NCBI GenBank assembly: GCA_016188475.1
Contig: JACPHT010000001.1
Location: 138-64,137, forward strand
DNA: 64,000 bases
From: Candidatus Uhrbacteria bacterium
GTDB lineage: Bacteria > Patescibacteriota > Patescibacteriia > UBA9934 > GWF2-40-263
Direction of reading: 5' to 3'
Every line of letters starts with the position of its first letter. Within the stretch, counting starts at the first letter, position 1. The notes under the pieces were generated by a model. It saw only the letters and a program-made list of their open reading frames with translations. It did no database searches and was not told the origin of the DNA. Positions 21,886-31,267 of this stretch are shown piece after piece. The position numbers were made by a program, and so were the translations under genes.

Positions 21886-22554
21886 CTAAAATATGCTCGC
21901 GAAATACCACAAGCAATTTTGACCGATCAACGAATTACAAACGGAATAAGACGGTCCGGAAATAAAAAAGAAAATATTCAGATTAGTAAGTATAGCGAGG
22001 AAAACAGCGATCATTAAAATCTGCGGACCGCGTATTGCGACAAACGCGCGTAAACGCTCGTACTTTGGATTATCAAACAATGCAAAAAATAATTTTGATC
22101 CATCAAGCGGATGAATCGGAATCACATTGAAAAAAAGAAGAAACAAATTCAAAATAACAAGCCAAAACAAAAACACAGACAAAAGATTAACAGGCCCAAG
22201 TTGAGTTGATGTAATTCGAAACGCGATCGCAGCAACAAGCGCAAGTAAAAAATTAGCTACTGGTCCGGCAAGCGCGATTTTTACAGAATCCCATTTTGGA
22301 TTTTTCAAATTGTACGAATTAAACGGAACTGGTTTTGCCCATCCAAAACCAAAAAGAAGAAGGGGAATTAAACCGAAAAGATCCAGATGCGCGATTGGAT
22401 TCAAACTCAAGCGCCCTTCTCTTTCCGCTGTTTTGTCACCAAGCCACGAACTTACAAGCGCGTGAGAAAATTCATGAATTGTCAGTGATGCCAAAATCGC
22501 AACAGCCCATGCAAGCGCAACTGCTGGAGATGTAAAAAGAATATCAAGAAACAT
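21886..22554 (-). CDS. Site-2 protease (M50) family membrane metalloprotease
   Basis: HEFSH, GWAKPVP, AGP, NVIPIHPLDG. Confidence 0.95.
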   Translation of the reverse strand: MFLDILFTSPAVALAWAVAILASLTIHEFSHALVSSWLGDKTAEREGRLSLNPIAHLDLFGLIPLLLFGFGWAKPVPFNSYNLKNPKWDSVKIALAGPVANFLLALVAAIAFRITSTQLGPVNLLSVFLFWLVILNLFLLFFNVIPIHPLDGSKLFFALFDNPKYERLRAFVAIRGPQILMIAVFLAILTNLNIFFFISGPSYSVCNSLIGQNCLWYFASIF

Positions 22555-22580
22555 AGAAAGATATTATATCAAATTCTGAG

Positions 22581-22675
22581 TACGAATAAAGAAGCAGTAG
22601 CACTATGTCTCCAGGCCATCGGACTGTCGCCGCTGTTCCTTTCGACATAGTGCTACCGCTTCTTTATTATTCGTA
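22581..22675 (-). repeat. Structured hairpin motif, copy 2 (homolog at 1021-1091)
   Basis: Minus strand: long stem enclosing TGTCGAAAGGAACAGCGGCGACAGTCCGATGGCCTGGAGACA. Confidence 0.7.
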
Positions 22676-22676
22676 T

Positions 22677-23984
22677 TTATTTAATCAAGCGTTCAATTTG
22701 TGCTCCAACACTTCGCAATTTTTCTTCCAACTTTTCATAACCTCTTTCAAGATGTTCTATTCCACGAAGTGTTGAAGCGCCATCGGCAACAAGTGCCGCA
22801 ACAACAAACGCGAGACCTGCTCGAATATCAGGGACTTCAACCTCGGCCGCATGCAAAGAAGTCGGACCAGTGATCACTGCAGAGTGGCGATAGTTTTGAC
22901 CTTTGAAACGACACGAAATCTCACCAAGACAATTGCTAAACAGTGAAATATTAGCGCCCATACCGTTTAACGTCTGTGTATAACCAAATCGTTCTTCATA
23001 AACAGTTTCGTGAATAACTGAAATTCCTTTTGCTTGCGTAAGCACCACAACAAACGGTTGTTGCCAGTCTGTCATAAACCCTGGATGGGTATCTGTTTCA
23101 AGTTCAATTCCGCGATATGACGATACGCCACGAAAAACAATCCCGTCTGGTTTCACTTCATACTCCCCGCCAATGCGACGGACAGCATTTAGAAAAGTGA
23201 TCATGTGCTGATGTTGTGCGCCACGCACAAAAATTTCTCCACGAGTTCCAAGCGCCATGCAAGCATATGACGCGGCTTCCATTCGATCAGGCAAAACCAA
23301 CACATGCGTCCCACGCAATTTTTCAACACCAATTATTTCCATTGAACGACAAGCATTGATCTGGATCACAGCTCCCATGTTCTGGAGCATCATGATAAGT
23401 TCATGAATTTCAGGTTCAGTGGCCGCATTGCGAATTGTTGTACGACCCTCTGCTAAAACACCGGCAAGAATCGCAGTTTCTGTCGCGCCAACTGATGGAT
23501 ATGGAAGTTCAACTAGCGCTCCTTTCAAGCGTTTTTTTACTGCTGCGTGATATCCATGTTTATCTTCTTCAATTAACGCTCCCATTTTTCTGATAATTTC
23601 TATATGAAAATTTACAGGACGAGGACCAATCGCATCTCCACCAACAAGCGGAACAAATGCTTCCCCGGCTCGATGTAAAAGCGGAGCAAGCGCGAGAATG
23701 CTGATTCGATTTTTTCGAGAAAGTGAATGTACAGAAGTTGAAGTGATAGTTTTTGTTGCTGTTCGAAGTGTGTGTTCATCAGACCATTCAATCTGCGCCC
23801 CAACTGTTGTAATTATTTCTTGAGTGATCGCTGTCTCTTGTTGACGCGGAACATTTTCAATTTCAACAAGCTCGTCAGTTAACAAACTAGCGATCATCAT
23901 TTTAGATGCTGCATTTTTTGCGCCTGAAAGTGTTACTTCACCGTTAAGAGGCTTGCCACCTGTGATTTGAAATGTGTCGGGCAT
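22677..23984 (-). CDS. murA: UDP-N-acetylglucosamine 1-carboxyvinyltransferase
   Basis: SGAKNA, GGDAIGPRP, SVGATE, PGFMTDWQ, DIRAG, RGYE. Confidence 0.96.
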   Translation of the reverse strand: MPDTFQITGGKPLNGEVTLSGAKNAASKMMIASLLTDELVEIENVPRQQETAITQEIITTVGAQIEWSDEHTLRTATKTITSTSVHSLSRKNRISILALAPLLHRAGEAFVPLVGGDAIGPRPVNFHIEIIRKMGALIEEDKHGYHAAVKKRLKGALVELPYPSVGATETAILAGVLAEGRTTIRNAATEPEIHELIMMLQNMGAVIQINACRSMEIIGVEKLRGTHVLVLPDRMEAASYACMALGTRGEIFVRGAQHQHMITFLNAVRRIGGEYEVKPDGIVFRGVSSYRGIELETDTHPGFMTDWQQPFVVVLTQAKGISVIHETVYEERFGYTQTLNGMGANISLFSNCLGEISCRFKGQNYRHSAVITGPTSLHAAEVEVPDIRAGLAFVVAALVADGASTLRGIEHLERGYEKLEEKLRSVGAQIERLIK

Positions 23985-24056
23985 AGTAATAAGTAGTAAA
24001 GTGGCAGAGTAGCAAAGGTAAACATTTATTTCAAAGAATTTATTTTTTTCTCTTTT

Positions 24057-24413
24057 CTACTTTACTACTATTCCAACAAAATAAATTGTGCTCATTGAAA
24101 GAAACATCGGAAAAATCCAATCCACATAATTCAAAAACCAGCGATCACCACTATAAAGATATCCAAATACAATAAGTTCTAAAAGAGAGACAAATACCAT
24201 TGCGATGGATGTTGTTGCAAAAACAGAAAACGCTGAAAAATATTCGAAGTAAACAAAAAAACTGATTGCGAATGCCGCGATCACACAAATATAATGAAAA
24301 AAAATATAAGACTTACGACCAAGTCTGTGCGCGTTGTTCACGAAAATTTCAAGCAACACCCAAGCGACAAGCGCGTGAATAGCCAAGATCAGAATGTTTA
24401 ATATTAGTGTCAT
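24057..24413 (-). CDS. Small 4-TM membrane protein (paralog B)
   Basis: Hydrophobic; shares LNYVDWIFP.FL..STIY motif with upstream gene; ATGA overlap. Confidence 0.75.
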   Translation of the reverse strand: MTLILNILILAIHALVAWVLLEIFVNNAHRLGRKSYIFFHYICVIAAFAISFFVYFEYFSAFSVFATTSIAMVFVSLLELIVFGYLYSGDRWFLNYVDWIFPMFLSMSTIYFVGIVVK

Positions 24414-24775
24414 ATTCTTTTTTGTTTTCCAACAGCGTAAATCGTTGATGCTATTAAAAAGAAAGGAAGAATCCAATCAACAAAATCTAAAAGATGGTTT
24501 GAAGTTGGTTGAAAAAAATTTATGTAAACAATTTCGAAAATGACAAACGCAACAATAGCTTGAATAACGGTAAAAAAAGGTGAAGAACGTTCGTTCGCTT
24601 GATAGTATGAATGAAACACAATTGCAAAAATTATTATTGCAAACACAATATGTAAAAATGCAAAAACATTGTGCGGCAAAGACGAAAAAAAATTTAATGC
24701 AAACATAAGAACCACCCACGCGACAAACGTATGAACGAAAACATTAAAAAATTTGAATAACCTGTTTCTTAACAT
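24410..24775 (-). CDS. Small 4-TM membrane protein (paralog A)
   Basis: Hydrophobic; LDFVDWILP.FL..STIY motif. Confidence 0.75.
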   Translation of the reverse strand: MLRNRLFKFFNVFVHTFVAWVVLMFALNFFSSLPHNVFAFLHIVFAIIIFAIVFHSYYQANERSSPFFTVIQAIVAFVIFEIVYINFFQPTSNHLLDFVDWILPFFLIASTIYAVGKQKRI

Positions 24776-24781
24776 AATGAC

Positions 24782-25075
24782 TCATATTGAAACCTCTGGA
24801 TTTTTTGTGTGTTCAATTGTTTCACCGAAACCTTTACGTTTTTCACGCATCTTCTCTCTCAAAACGCGTAATTTTTCTTCAAGTTCATCTATTTGACCCT
24901 GTGTCTTGGCAACTACTTCCTCATCTTCCCAACTTTCTGCCATAACTTCACGGAGCGCATCAATATGCGAAGTAATCTCGGCTTGTTCTGTTTCCATATT
25001 CAAAATCTCTCGATTTCCAAATGTTTGATGTATCTCCTCACCTGTCATTCTTAGCGGTCGTTTTGATTCGGACAT
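24782..25075 (-). CDS. Hypothetical coiled-coil protein
   Basis: 97-aa charged heptad-like ORF. Confidence 0.65.
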   Translation of the reverse strand: MSESKRPLRMTGEEIHQTFGNREILNMETEQAEITSHIDALREVMAESWEDEEVVAKTQGQIDELEEKLRVLREKMREKRKGFGETIEHTKNPEVSI

Positions 25076-25364
25076 ATTGATTTTAGAATAGCCCTTAAAT
25101 GAAATTTAGCCAAGTAAGCGAAAGTAAAGATAGAGTGAAGAAGTGATGGAGTGATAAAATTCCTCCTCTTCCCGATGTGGAGTTAAAGAGCGATAGCAGG
25201 CAGGCAGGCAGCCACCCGCCAGGCCTTTAGGCCTGACCCGGCTCCGACGGATTAGTTCCCACTGGAAAGTGGAGGGATTAAACAAAAAGACCCACCACCT
25301 TTGTGAAAAGGTGTGAGGGTCAGAGATTAAGAGGCAGCCAACGGCTTTAACCTTCGCGCTTGGG

Positions 25365-25901
25365 CTACTTGCGAACAAACAGAAAGCGGTTGCGAGCATC
25401 CCACCCGCCGTCGAACCAGCTGCGGCCGAAGATGCGCCTGCCGGAACCACTGTCCAGAACCGCGACACACTCGCCGTCGTCGTGCATCGCGAACGAGCCA
25501 AGAGCCACAATCCAGAACTGACGATGAAGGTCAGGACGTGCTTTCTGGAACGAATATGTTTCGATATGAGTCGCTGGACGATAGCCGAGCTTGTCCATCT
25601 CGGCTATTGCATCTTCGGACATTATCTCCCTGTTGAAATGCTTCACAAGGAAAACTTTGTCACCAACAGGAATGAGGTATTCGTTGGGGGAGATAGGCTT
25701 GACAGGCACGGAACCGACTGGAACGATGAGATCAAACACTCTGTCCACGAGATCAGGCTCTTTGATGAGCCTCCGCAAGTGATCGATCGTTCCATTGTGT
25801 TTGCGAAGAGCATTCACTATCACTCTTGTTAGCTCGAATACGAACCCGACAACAGAAAGCAACGTATCCAGATTCCAGTCTTTCCTTGCACTACGACTCA
25901 T
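25365..25901 (-). CDS. Hypothetical protein; C-terminus resembles C-type-lectin-like DGR-target-type proteins
   Basis: LGYRPAT...IVALGS...WFDGGWDARNRFLFVRK; GGAG upstream. Family assignment from memory only. Confidence 0.65.
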   Translation of the reverse strand: MSRSARKDWNLDTLLSVVGFVFELTRVIVNALRKHNGTIDHLRRLIKEPDLVDRVFDLIVPVGSVPVKPISPNEYLIPVGDKVFLVKHFNREIMSEDAIAEMDKLGYRPATHIETYSFQKARPDLHRQFWIVALGSFAMHDDGECVAVLDSGSGRRIFGRSWFDGGWDARNRFLFVRK

Positions 25902-26046
25902 GACAATTCTCCAATTTTTGGCCTGCCTTTCATCCCAACACCATGCCGAGACTTAAGGCTCGCCAAGAAGATATCATTTCAAAAAATAACGATCTTGTCA
26001 ATCCACCACCTCGACCGTTGAAATACCATGTTCGTAAGCTAAATTT

Positions 26047-26122
26047 TATTCCCTGAGCCTATCGAAGGGAATAATGTACAAAAAATAATATTTACTGCCT
26101 TCGATGTTGCTCAGGCAATAAT
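26047..26122. repeat. Inverted pair of REP-like palindromes (CCTTCGAC..GCTCAGG family)
   Basis: CCCTGAGCCTATCGAAGGG followed by GCCTTCGATGTTGCTCAGGC. Confidence 0.7.
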
Positions 26123-26675
26123 TAGAGTTTTTCAACGGTCCCTCACCAACTAAAATAAAAAGGGGGTGCGGTGAAGCACCCAAAGCAGAGAGAATGATTG
26201 TCCGATGGGACTAGATGATTTCGAGCTCGCACCCATTCTTCTGGAAGACAGAAGCGCTTTGATCAGACCTCGAGGACTGACGCGGCACTGCGGACGTATA
26301 TATTTTATCATAAAATATGACATACTTCAGTAAAAATAGAAGAACTGGGGATAATTCAAAACCGCCCTACGTTGTTCGAAGAGCGGTTTTTATTTTTTGT
26401 GCCTCACGTTGGAATGGGTGTCATAGAATATGATCAACGTAATCGGATTCTTCTTTCCGTATGTCAGGCGATGATGGCAGTTTTTATCCACCAAGTCGAT
26501 TTGACATCGGTCAATTCCGTCAGGTCCTGTTGTCTGGCAAACCAGTTACACATGGACCGAAAAGTTGTTTGAAATCATGGACAAACCCACCCTGACGCGA
26601 GGCAATATAAATATACCATTCTGTTAAAATTATGCAAGTTTGCAATAGGCGACAAATCCACTAACAATCCACAGG

Positions 26676-27446
26676 CTAATCAATAACAATTTCTCTGATA
26701 ATCGAGTCCGATCCAAATAAATCAAAAACTGTTTGATTAAAAACGCATGAAGATTTTGAGACAAAAAATGTGTTCAACCCTTCCCCTTCAACATTAAATG
26801 TTTTTACTGCCTCGTCAGCAACAACATCGCTTGGATCAAACAACTCAATCTCATATCCACGTTCCTCAAACATGTGTGAAAAAACCGAGCGTGCAAACGG
26901 AAATTGTGTACAACCGAAAACCAATAACTTTGCGTGAATGTCTATCGCCTTTTGAACTGCTGGCGAAATAATCTCTTCAAGTTCCGATCCGCTTGCCTGT
27001 CTCTCAATTGCCTCTGCAAGTTTTGGCAAAGCAATTGACTCAGCAGACAATCCATGTTGTGTAAACGCTAGCTCGTAGATTCCTGATCGAACTGTTGCAA
27101 GCGTTGCCGCAATCAAAATTTTTCCGCGTGTCCGTTTACAAACAGCTCTTACCGTTGGAGCCACCATTTCAATCACACGCGTTTTTGGAATTTCAAACAA
27201 ATCAGCGAGCGGAGCAATCACAGCAACAGACAAACAATTGCAGGCGGCCACGAATTGAGTTGCGCCTTGCGACTTCAAAAATTTCATAGCGTGCAAAGTG
27301 AGTTCAAGCAATTCCTCTGTTTTTCTCGGACCATAAGGCATGTTCGCAAAATCGCCAAAGTAAACAAGATCGGCTCTTGGAGCTTTTTTTCGAATTTGGC
27401 TGGCAACGCCAAGTCCACCTATTCCTGAATCAAAAATTCCAATCAT
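26676..27446 (-). CDS. murI: Glutamate racemase
   Basis: IGIFDSGIGGL, GD.ANMPYG, ACN and GCT catalytic cysteines. Confidence 0.93.
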   Translation of the reverse strand: MIGIFDSGIGGLGVASQIRKKAPRADLVYFGDFANMPYGPRKTEELLELTLHAMKFLKSQGATQFVAACNCLSVAVIAPLADLFEIPKTRVIEMVAPTVRAVCKRTRGKILIAATLATVRSGIYELAFTQHGLSAESIALPKLAEAIERQASGSELEEIISPAVQKAIDIHAKLLVFGCTQFPFARSVFSHMFEERGYEIELFDPSDVVADEAVKTFNVEGEGLNTFFVSKSSCVFNQTVFDLFGSDSIIREIVID

Positions 27447-28396
27447 AAATATGTCTTTAAAACCCTTGCGGCATTCATGAAACACAATTTTTCAAGCATT
27501 TTCTCTGTCCACCCTTCGTCGACCAAAGCCGTAAAAAGAGTTGATAATGAATTAAGAGAACCGAGCCCGTCTGGATATCCGTGAATGATTCCGCCGAAGT
27601 CAGTGCCAAGAGCAATATTATCGTCGCCAATAATTTTTCTTGCGTGCTCAATGTGCGCGACAATGTCTTTTATCGTTGCTGGTTTTTCTCTGCTTGTGAC
27701 ATATGTTTTGGCGAAAAAAAATCCAATCAGACCATCAGTTTTTGCAATAGCCCGAAGTTGATCGTCTGAATAATTTCGCGGAGAATCGCACAACGATCGA
27801 CAATTTCCATGGCTGACATAAAGCGGACGCTCAATAATCTTTGTCGCGTCCCAAAATGTTTGTTCGTTCATGTGCGCCAAGTCAACAATCATTCTTTTGC
27901 TCTGACACCATTGGATGACATCAGTGCCAAGTTGTTTAAGCCCTTGAGTTAGGTCGTTCGCACCTCCACCAAGCGGATTGGATAAATTCCACACAATACC
28001 AAGCGAGCGCCATCCTTTTGAGTACCATCGCTCCAACATGTCCCAACTTTGATCGTCAATTACGTTTAATCCTTCGATGTGAAGAAGTAAACTTATTGAA
28101 CTATCTGACTTAAGCGCGCGATCAACATCTTTGGCTGTTTGAATCAGTGACCATTTTTCTTTCTTAATAAGATCGTTGTATGAATCAAATTCGTATTCAA
28201 TCATTTCATTCACGACTGGATCGAAAAAATTTTCATTAGAAGGAACTGGAAAAGCTGTCGCGACAACAAGCTTAAGTTTATTGTCACGAATCATGTCAGG
28301 ATTTGTCTGCCATTCCCCTTTTGGAAATAAATCACGACGACTTATGTGTAAAAATAAATCTTCGTGCAAATCAATAATTGGATATTTGTTTGTCAT
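27443..28396 (-). CDS. Membrane dipeptidase (M19) family
   Basis: DLHED, IEG, VDLAH, SHGN, RNYSD, LGTDFGG. Confidence 0.92.
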   Translation of the reverse strand: MTNKYPIIDLHEDLFLHISRRDLFPKGEWQTNPDMIRDNKLKLVVATAFPVPSNENFFDPVVNEMIEYEFDSYNDLIKKEKWSLIQTAKDVDRALKSDSSISLLLHIEGLNVIDDQSWDMLERWYSKGWRSLGIVWNLSNPLGGGANDLTQGLKQLGTDVIQWCQSKRMIVDLAHMNEQTFWDATKIIERPLYVSHGNCRSLCDSPRNYSDDQLRAIAKTDGLIGFFFAKTYVTSREKPATIKDIVAHIEHARKIIGDDNIALGTDFGGIIHGYPDGLGSLNSLSTLFTALVDEGWTEKMLEKLCFMNAARVLKTYL

Positions 28397-28444
28397 ACTA
28401 AGAAAAAGTGGGAGCTTGCCAGAGCGACAAGCTCCCGAGCGAAA

Positions 28445-29575
28445 CTAAGCCGGCAGAAACCCGCGCGCGATGCGCACGAGATCGGAGAGAACTCCAACCG
28501 AAGTCTCAAGCGCCCACGGATGAATGAAAAGACTTTCAGAACAGGACAGCAGATCGTACTGACTGAAAAATGTTCCGTCATAGATATCATAGAACGGATC
28601 AGGACATATGCAAATAACCTCGCGTAAACTGTCGTGCAGTACGTTTCGTTCTTTGACTATCTGACAAATGAACTTTTCTCTGTCAGGTGCGGAATTTATT
28701 CGACCGCCGATTCCGTTTTCAAACTCGGCGACCGTTTTTAGAACATCGACAAGTTCTTCAAGCGCTTGACGCCGATGCGCAGGGACAGCGAAACGCATAT
28801 CCGCAACAGGCACAAGATTCAATGTAACAGTCTGCGGGAGTTCTGGCCAAAGCTTTTGTCGAACAACTTCGTAGAGTTCGTTGAGTTTTGACATGAGCTG
28901 TCCGATGTACTTGTACATGTCGGGTCCTGAAAGTTCATACACGATGTCTGTATTGAACTTGAGCGGATCAATTGTCACATCCATTAGAATGTTGGTAATG
29001 TTTGGACTTACCCATCCGCTATTCGATCCGTTTGTTCCGCAGACCCCGCTCGCGTTGACGACGGCCCATTGACGAGCATGCCGCGCTTCTGTCATTCCAT
29101 CATCGCGTACGTACCGCTCCCAAATCGAGTGATCGTGCTGTGTGAGAACTTCTAGTAACTCCAGAACGCGACAGCAATTTTCTTTCAAGTACTCGCTGAC
29201 TGTTTGCATCTCAAGCTCTGGAAATAATTCTCGCAGAGCTTGCATGTGTACTTCTGGAATAGACGCGCCGATTTGAAAACGATCCGCCGTGTGTTCATGA
29301 ACACGTGTGACTTTCGCGTGACTGATTAGAACGTTTTCTTCCGCGATTTGAGTTCTTGTGCCATTGACAATCACACAATGCGGATGAAAGTTGCGATCAA
29401 GGCACCCTTTTGTTGAATCCACAATCTTCATCGGGATTCCGAGCGTGGCGCAAGCGAGGTTGTTTGGATACCAATTCCCGATGTGCGGCGTTTTGAATAC
29501 TAGAAACCCTGCTCGCTTGAGTGAAACGAGATCGTTGAGAGACAGATCCTTGCGGATCTTAAGTCGGATCGGCAT
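28445..29575 (-). CDS. Hypothetical protein with HIGN-like motif
   Basis: 376-aa ORF; GGAGG SD before ATG at 29575; FKTPHIGNWY. Confidence 0.75.
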   Translation of the reverse strand: MPIRLKIRKDLSLNDLVSLKRAGFLVFKTPHIGNWYPNNLACATLGIPMKIVDSTKGCLDRNFHPHCVIVNGTRTQIAEENVLISHAKVTRVHEHTADRFQIGASIPEVHMQALRELFPELEMQTVSEYLKENCCRVLELLEVLTQHDHSIWERYVRDDGMTEARHARQWAVVNASGVCGTNGSNSGWVSPNITNILMDVTIDPLKFNTDIVYELSGPDMYKYIGQLMSKLNELYEVVRQKLWPELPQTVTLNLVPVADMRFAVPAHRRQALEELVDVLKTVAEFENGIGGRINSAPDREKFICQIVKERNVLHDSLREVICICPDPFYDIYDGTFFSQYDLLSCSESLFIHPWALETSVGVLSDLVRIARGFLPA

Positions 29576-29639
29576 GTTCACCTCCGTTTCTGCCAATCTT
29601 TGTGCCCCGTTCGCGACAGGAGCACAATACTGTCAGAAC

Positions 29640-29774
29640 ATAAAACCCCGAGCTTACTGCCCGGGGTTAAAATTTCTGGAATGAAAACACTTTTTAATCC
29701 AAAAATTCACGGGCAGTCAGCTCGTTCCAGTGTTTATAGTTCTTGCGAAATTGTTGCCCAATGAATAATGTCAT
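29640..29774 (-). promoter_or_regulatory. Putative transcription attenuator: 26-aa leader ORF (29694-29774), antiterminator (29710-29724), terminator (29640-29668)
   Basis: Leader MTLFIGQQFRKNYKHWNELTAREFLD*. CGAGCTGACTGCCCG pairs 14/15 with the terminator AACCCCGGGCAGTAAGCTCGGGGTTTT. Confidence 0.65.
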
Positions 29775-29783
29775 AACAATTAA

Positions 29784-29812
29784 ATAATACAGGTGGTCGT
29801 TTAACATGTCAA
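29784..29812 (-). promoter_or_regulatory. sigma70-type promoter
   Basis: TTGACA-17 bp-TATTAT on the minus strand, 9 nt before the leader ATG. Confidence 0.65.
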
Positions 29813-29876
29813 ATAAATGTAAGTGCTAATTTTTGTTGATATTTTTTCACCTCTGTGAAAAGTTGTCAACAAATTT

Positions 29877-30344
29877 TTATATACCTTCTCCAATATGATA
29901 CATATCTGTAATTTTTTTGTACGAAAATAATTCATGATCCTTGAAAAAACGCCTAAGCTCTTTAGCAGCGCTTTCTAGCGAATCAGAAGCATGAATCAGA
30001 TTGGATGGAACGTTCATCGATAAATCCGCGCGGATTGTTCCCGCGTCGGCTTCGCGAGGATTTGTTGAACCAACAAGTTTTCGCACTTCGGAAACAGCGT
30101 TGTATCCTTCAAGCACCATTCCAACAACAGGCGTCTGCATCATAAATTGCTTAAGAGAACCAAAGAATGGTTTGTCTGAAAGATGCGCATAGTGTTCATC
30201 CAACAGCTCTTCTGTGAGTCGTATCAATTTAAGTCCTATAATTTTCATCCCTTTCTTTTCAAAACGAGAAATGATTTCGCCAAGCAAATCGCGCTGTAGA
30301 GCATCTGGCTTGAGAAGAACAAGCGTTCGTTGAATTTCAGTCAT
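29877..30344 (-). CDS. ndk: Nucleoside diphosphate kinase
   Basis: RTLVLLKPDA, HYAH, GTIRAD, NLIHASDS. Confidence 0.97.
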   Translation of the reverse strand: MTEIQRTLVLLKPDALQRDLLGEIISRFEKKGMKIIGLKLIRLTEELLDEHYAHLSDKPFFGSLKQFMMQTPVVGMVLEGYNAVSEVRKLVGSTNPREADAGTIRADLSMNVPSNLIHASDSLESAAKELRRFFKDHELFSYKKITDMYHIGEGI

Positions 30345-30376
30345 ATAATGTTTGCGAGAATGTTACAATATTTTTC

Positions 30377-31267
30377 CTAAAACGGCAAGAACACGGGAGC
30401 GACTTGTAGAGAAACCCCGTCGCTTTTTGCAAGAACGTCTCCGTCCTTATCAGTTCGAAAAATCATAGCGCCAATATCCTTCAATCGCTCAAGAACAATT
30501 GGATGTGGGTGTCCGTATTTATTATCAACACCATCCGAGATGATTGCAAATTCAGGCTTAATGGTTTTCAATAATAAAACGCTCGTTGAGGTTTTGCTTC
30601 CGTGATGTCCAACTTTTAGAACATCAATATCGCCGACTAATTTTGCATAATCATCTTCAACTTCTGTTTGAGCGTCTCCTGTTAACAAAAACGATGAATC
30701 TCCGTAACTCATACGAATAACTATCGAAGTGTTGTTGCGTTCTTTTTCTTTTGCAATCGCATCAAGCGTCGGCCACAGGATGTCCATACGCGCGCCATCA
30801 AATTCAAATGACTTTCCTTGTGTTGTAATTATACGCGACGCGCGTTCCTCATCCATTGCTTTTTCAAGGCCAATTATCATCGGAGTCGATCCGCGAACAC
30901 CTGTCTCGTAAATCGCTTTCACATTATAACGATCAAGAACAGATATAAGACCGGTTATGTGATCAGCGTCTGGATGTGTTACAAAAATTGCGTCGATTGT
31001 TTTGTCCCACGGCCACATAACTGACGAAAGTTTTTGTAAAATCGAGTTGTCTGGTCCTCCGTCAACCAAAATTTGCTGGCCATTTGGAGTTTCAATAAAG
31101 GTCGCATCGCCTTGTCCAATATCAAAAAACCAAACTTTTAAATCCGGTGTTCGTATTCGAGCAAACTGAGACGTGTATGCAAGCAAAAATAAAATAACAA
31201 CTGAAACAAAAATACGAATCAGAAAAAAAATCTTATGTGATAGTTTATGAGGTGTTGCGCGTCGCAT
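30377..31267 (-). CDS. ComEC-type metallo-beta-lactamase domain protein
   Basis: DIGQGDA, THPDADHI, NNTSIV, LTGD, KVGHHGS, YGHP. Confidence 0.92.
   Translation of the reverse strand: MRRATPHKLSHKIFFLIRIFVSVVILFLLAYTSQFARIRTPDLKVWFFDIGQGDATFIETPNGQQILVDGGPDNSILQKLSSVMWPWDKTIDAIFVTHPDADHITGLISVLDRYNVKAIYETGVRGSTPMIIGLEKAMDEERASRIITTQGKSFEFDGARMDILWPTLDAIAKEKERNNTSIVIRMSYGDSSFLLTGDAQTEVEDDYAKLVGDIDVLKVGHHGSKTSTSVLLLKTIKPEFAIISDGVDNKYGHPHPIVLERLKDIGAMIFRTDKDGDVLAKSDGVSLQVAPVFLPF

Noticed and set aside
26130-26675. Small genes in the 26.1-26.7 kb gap, including ORF 26372-26572
   Set aside because: No recognisable motifs or clear start signals; possibly decayed sequence.
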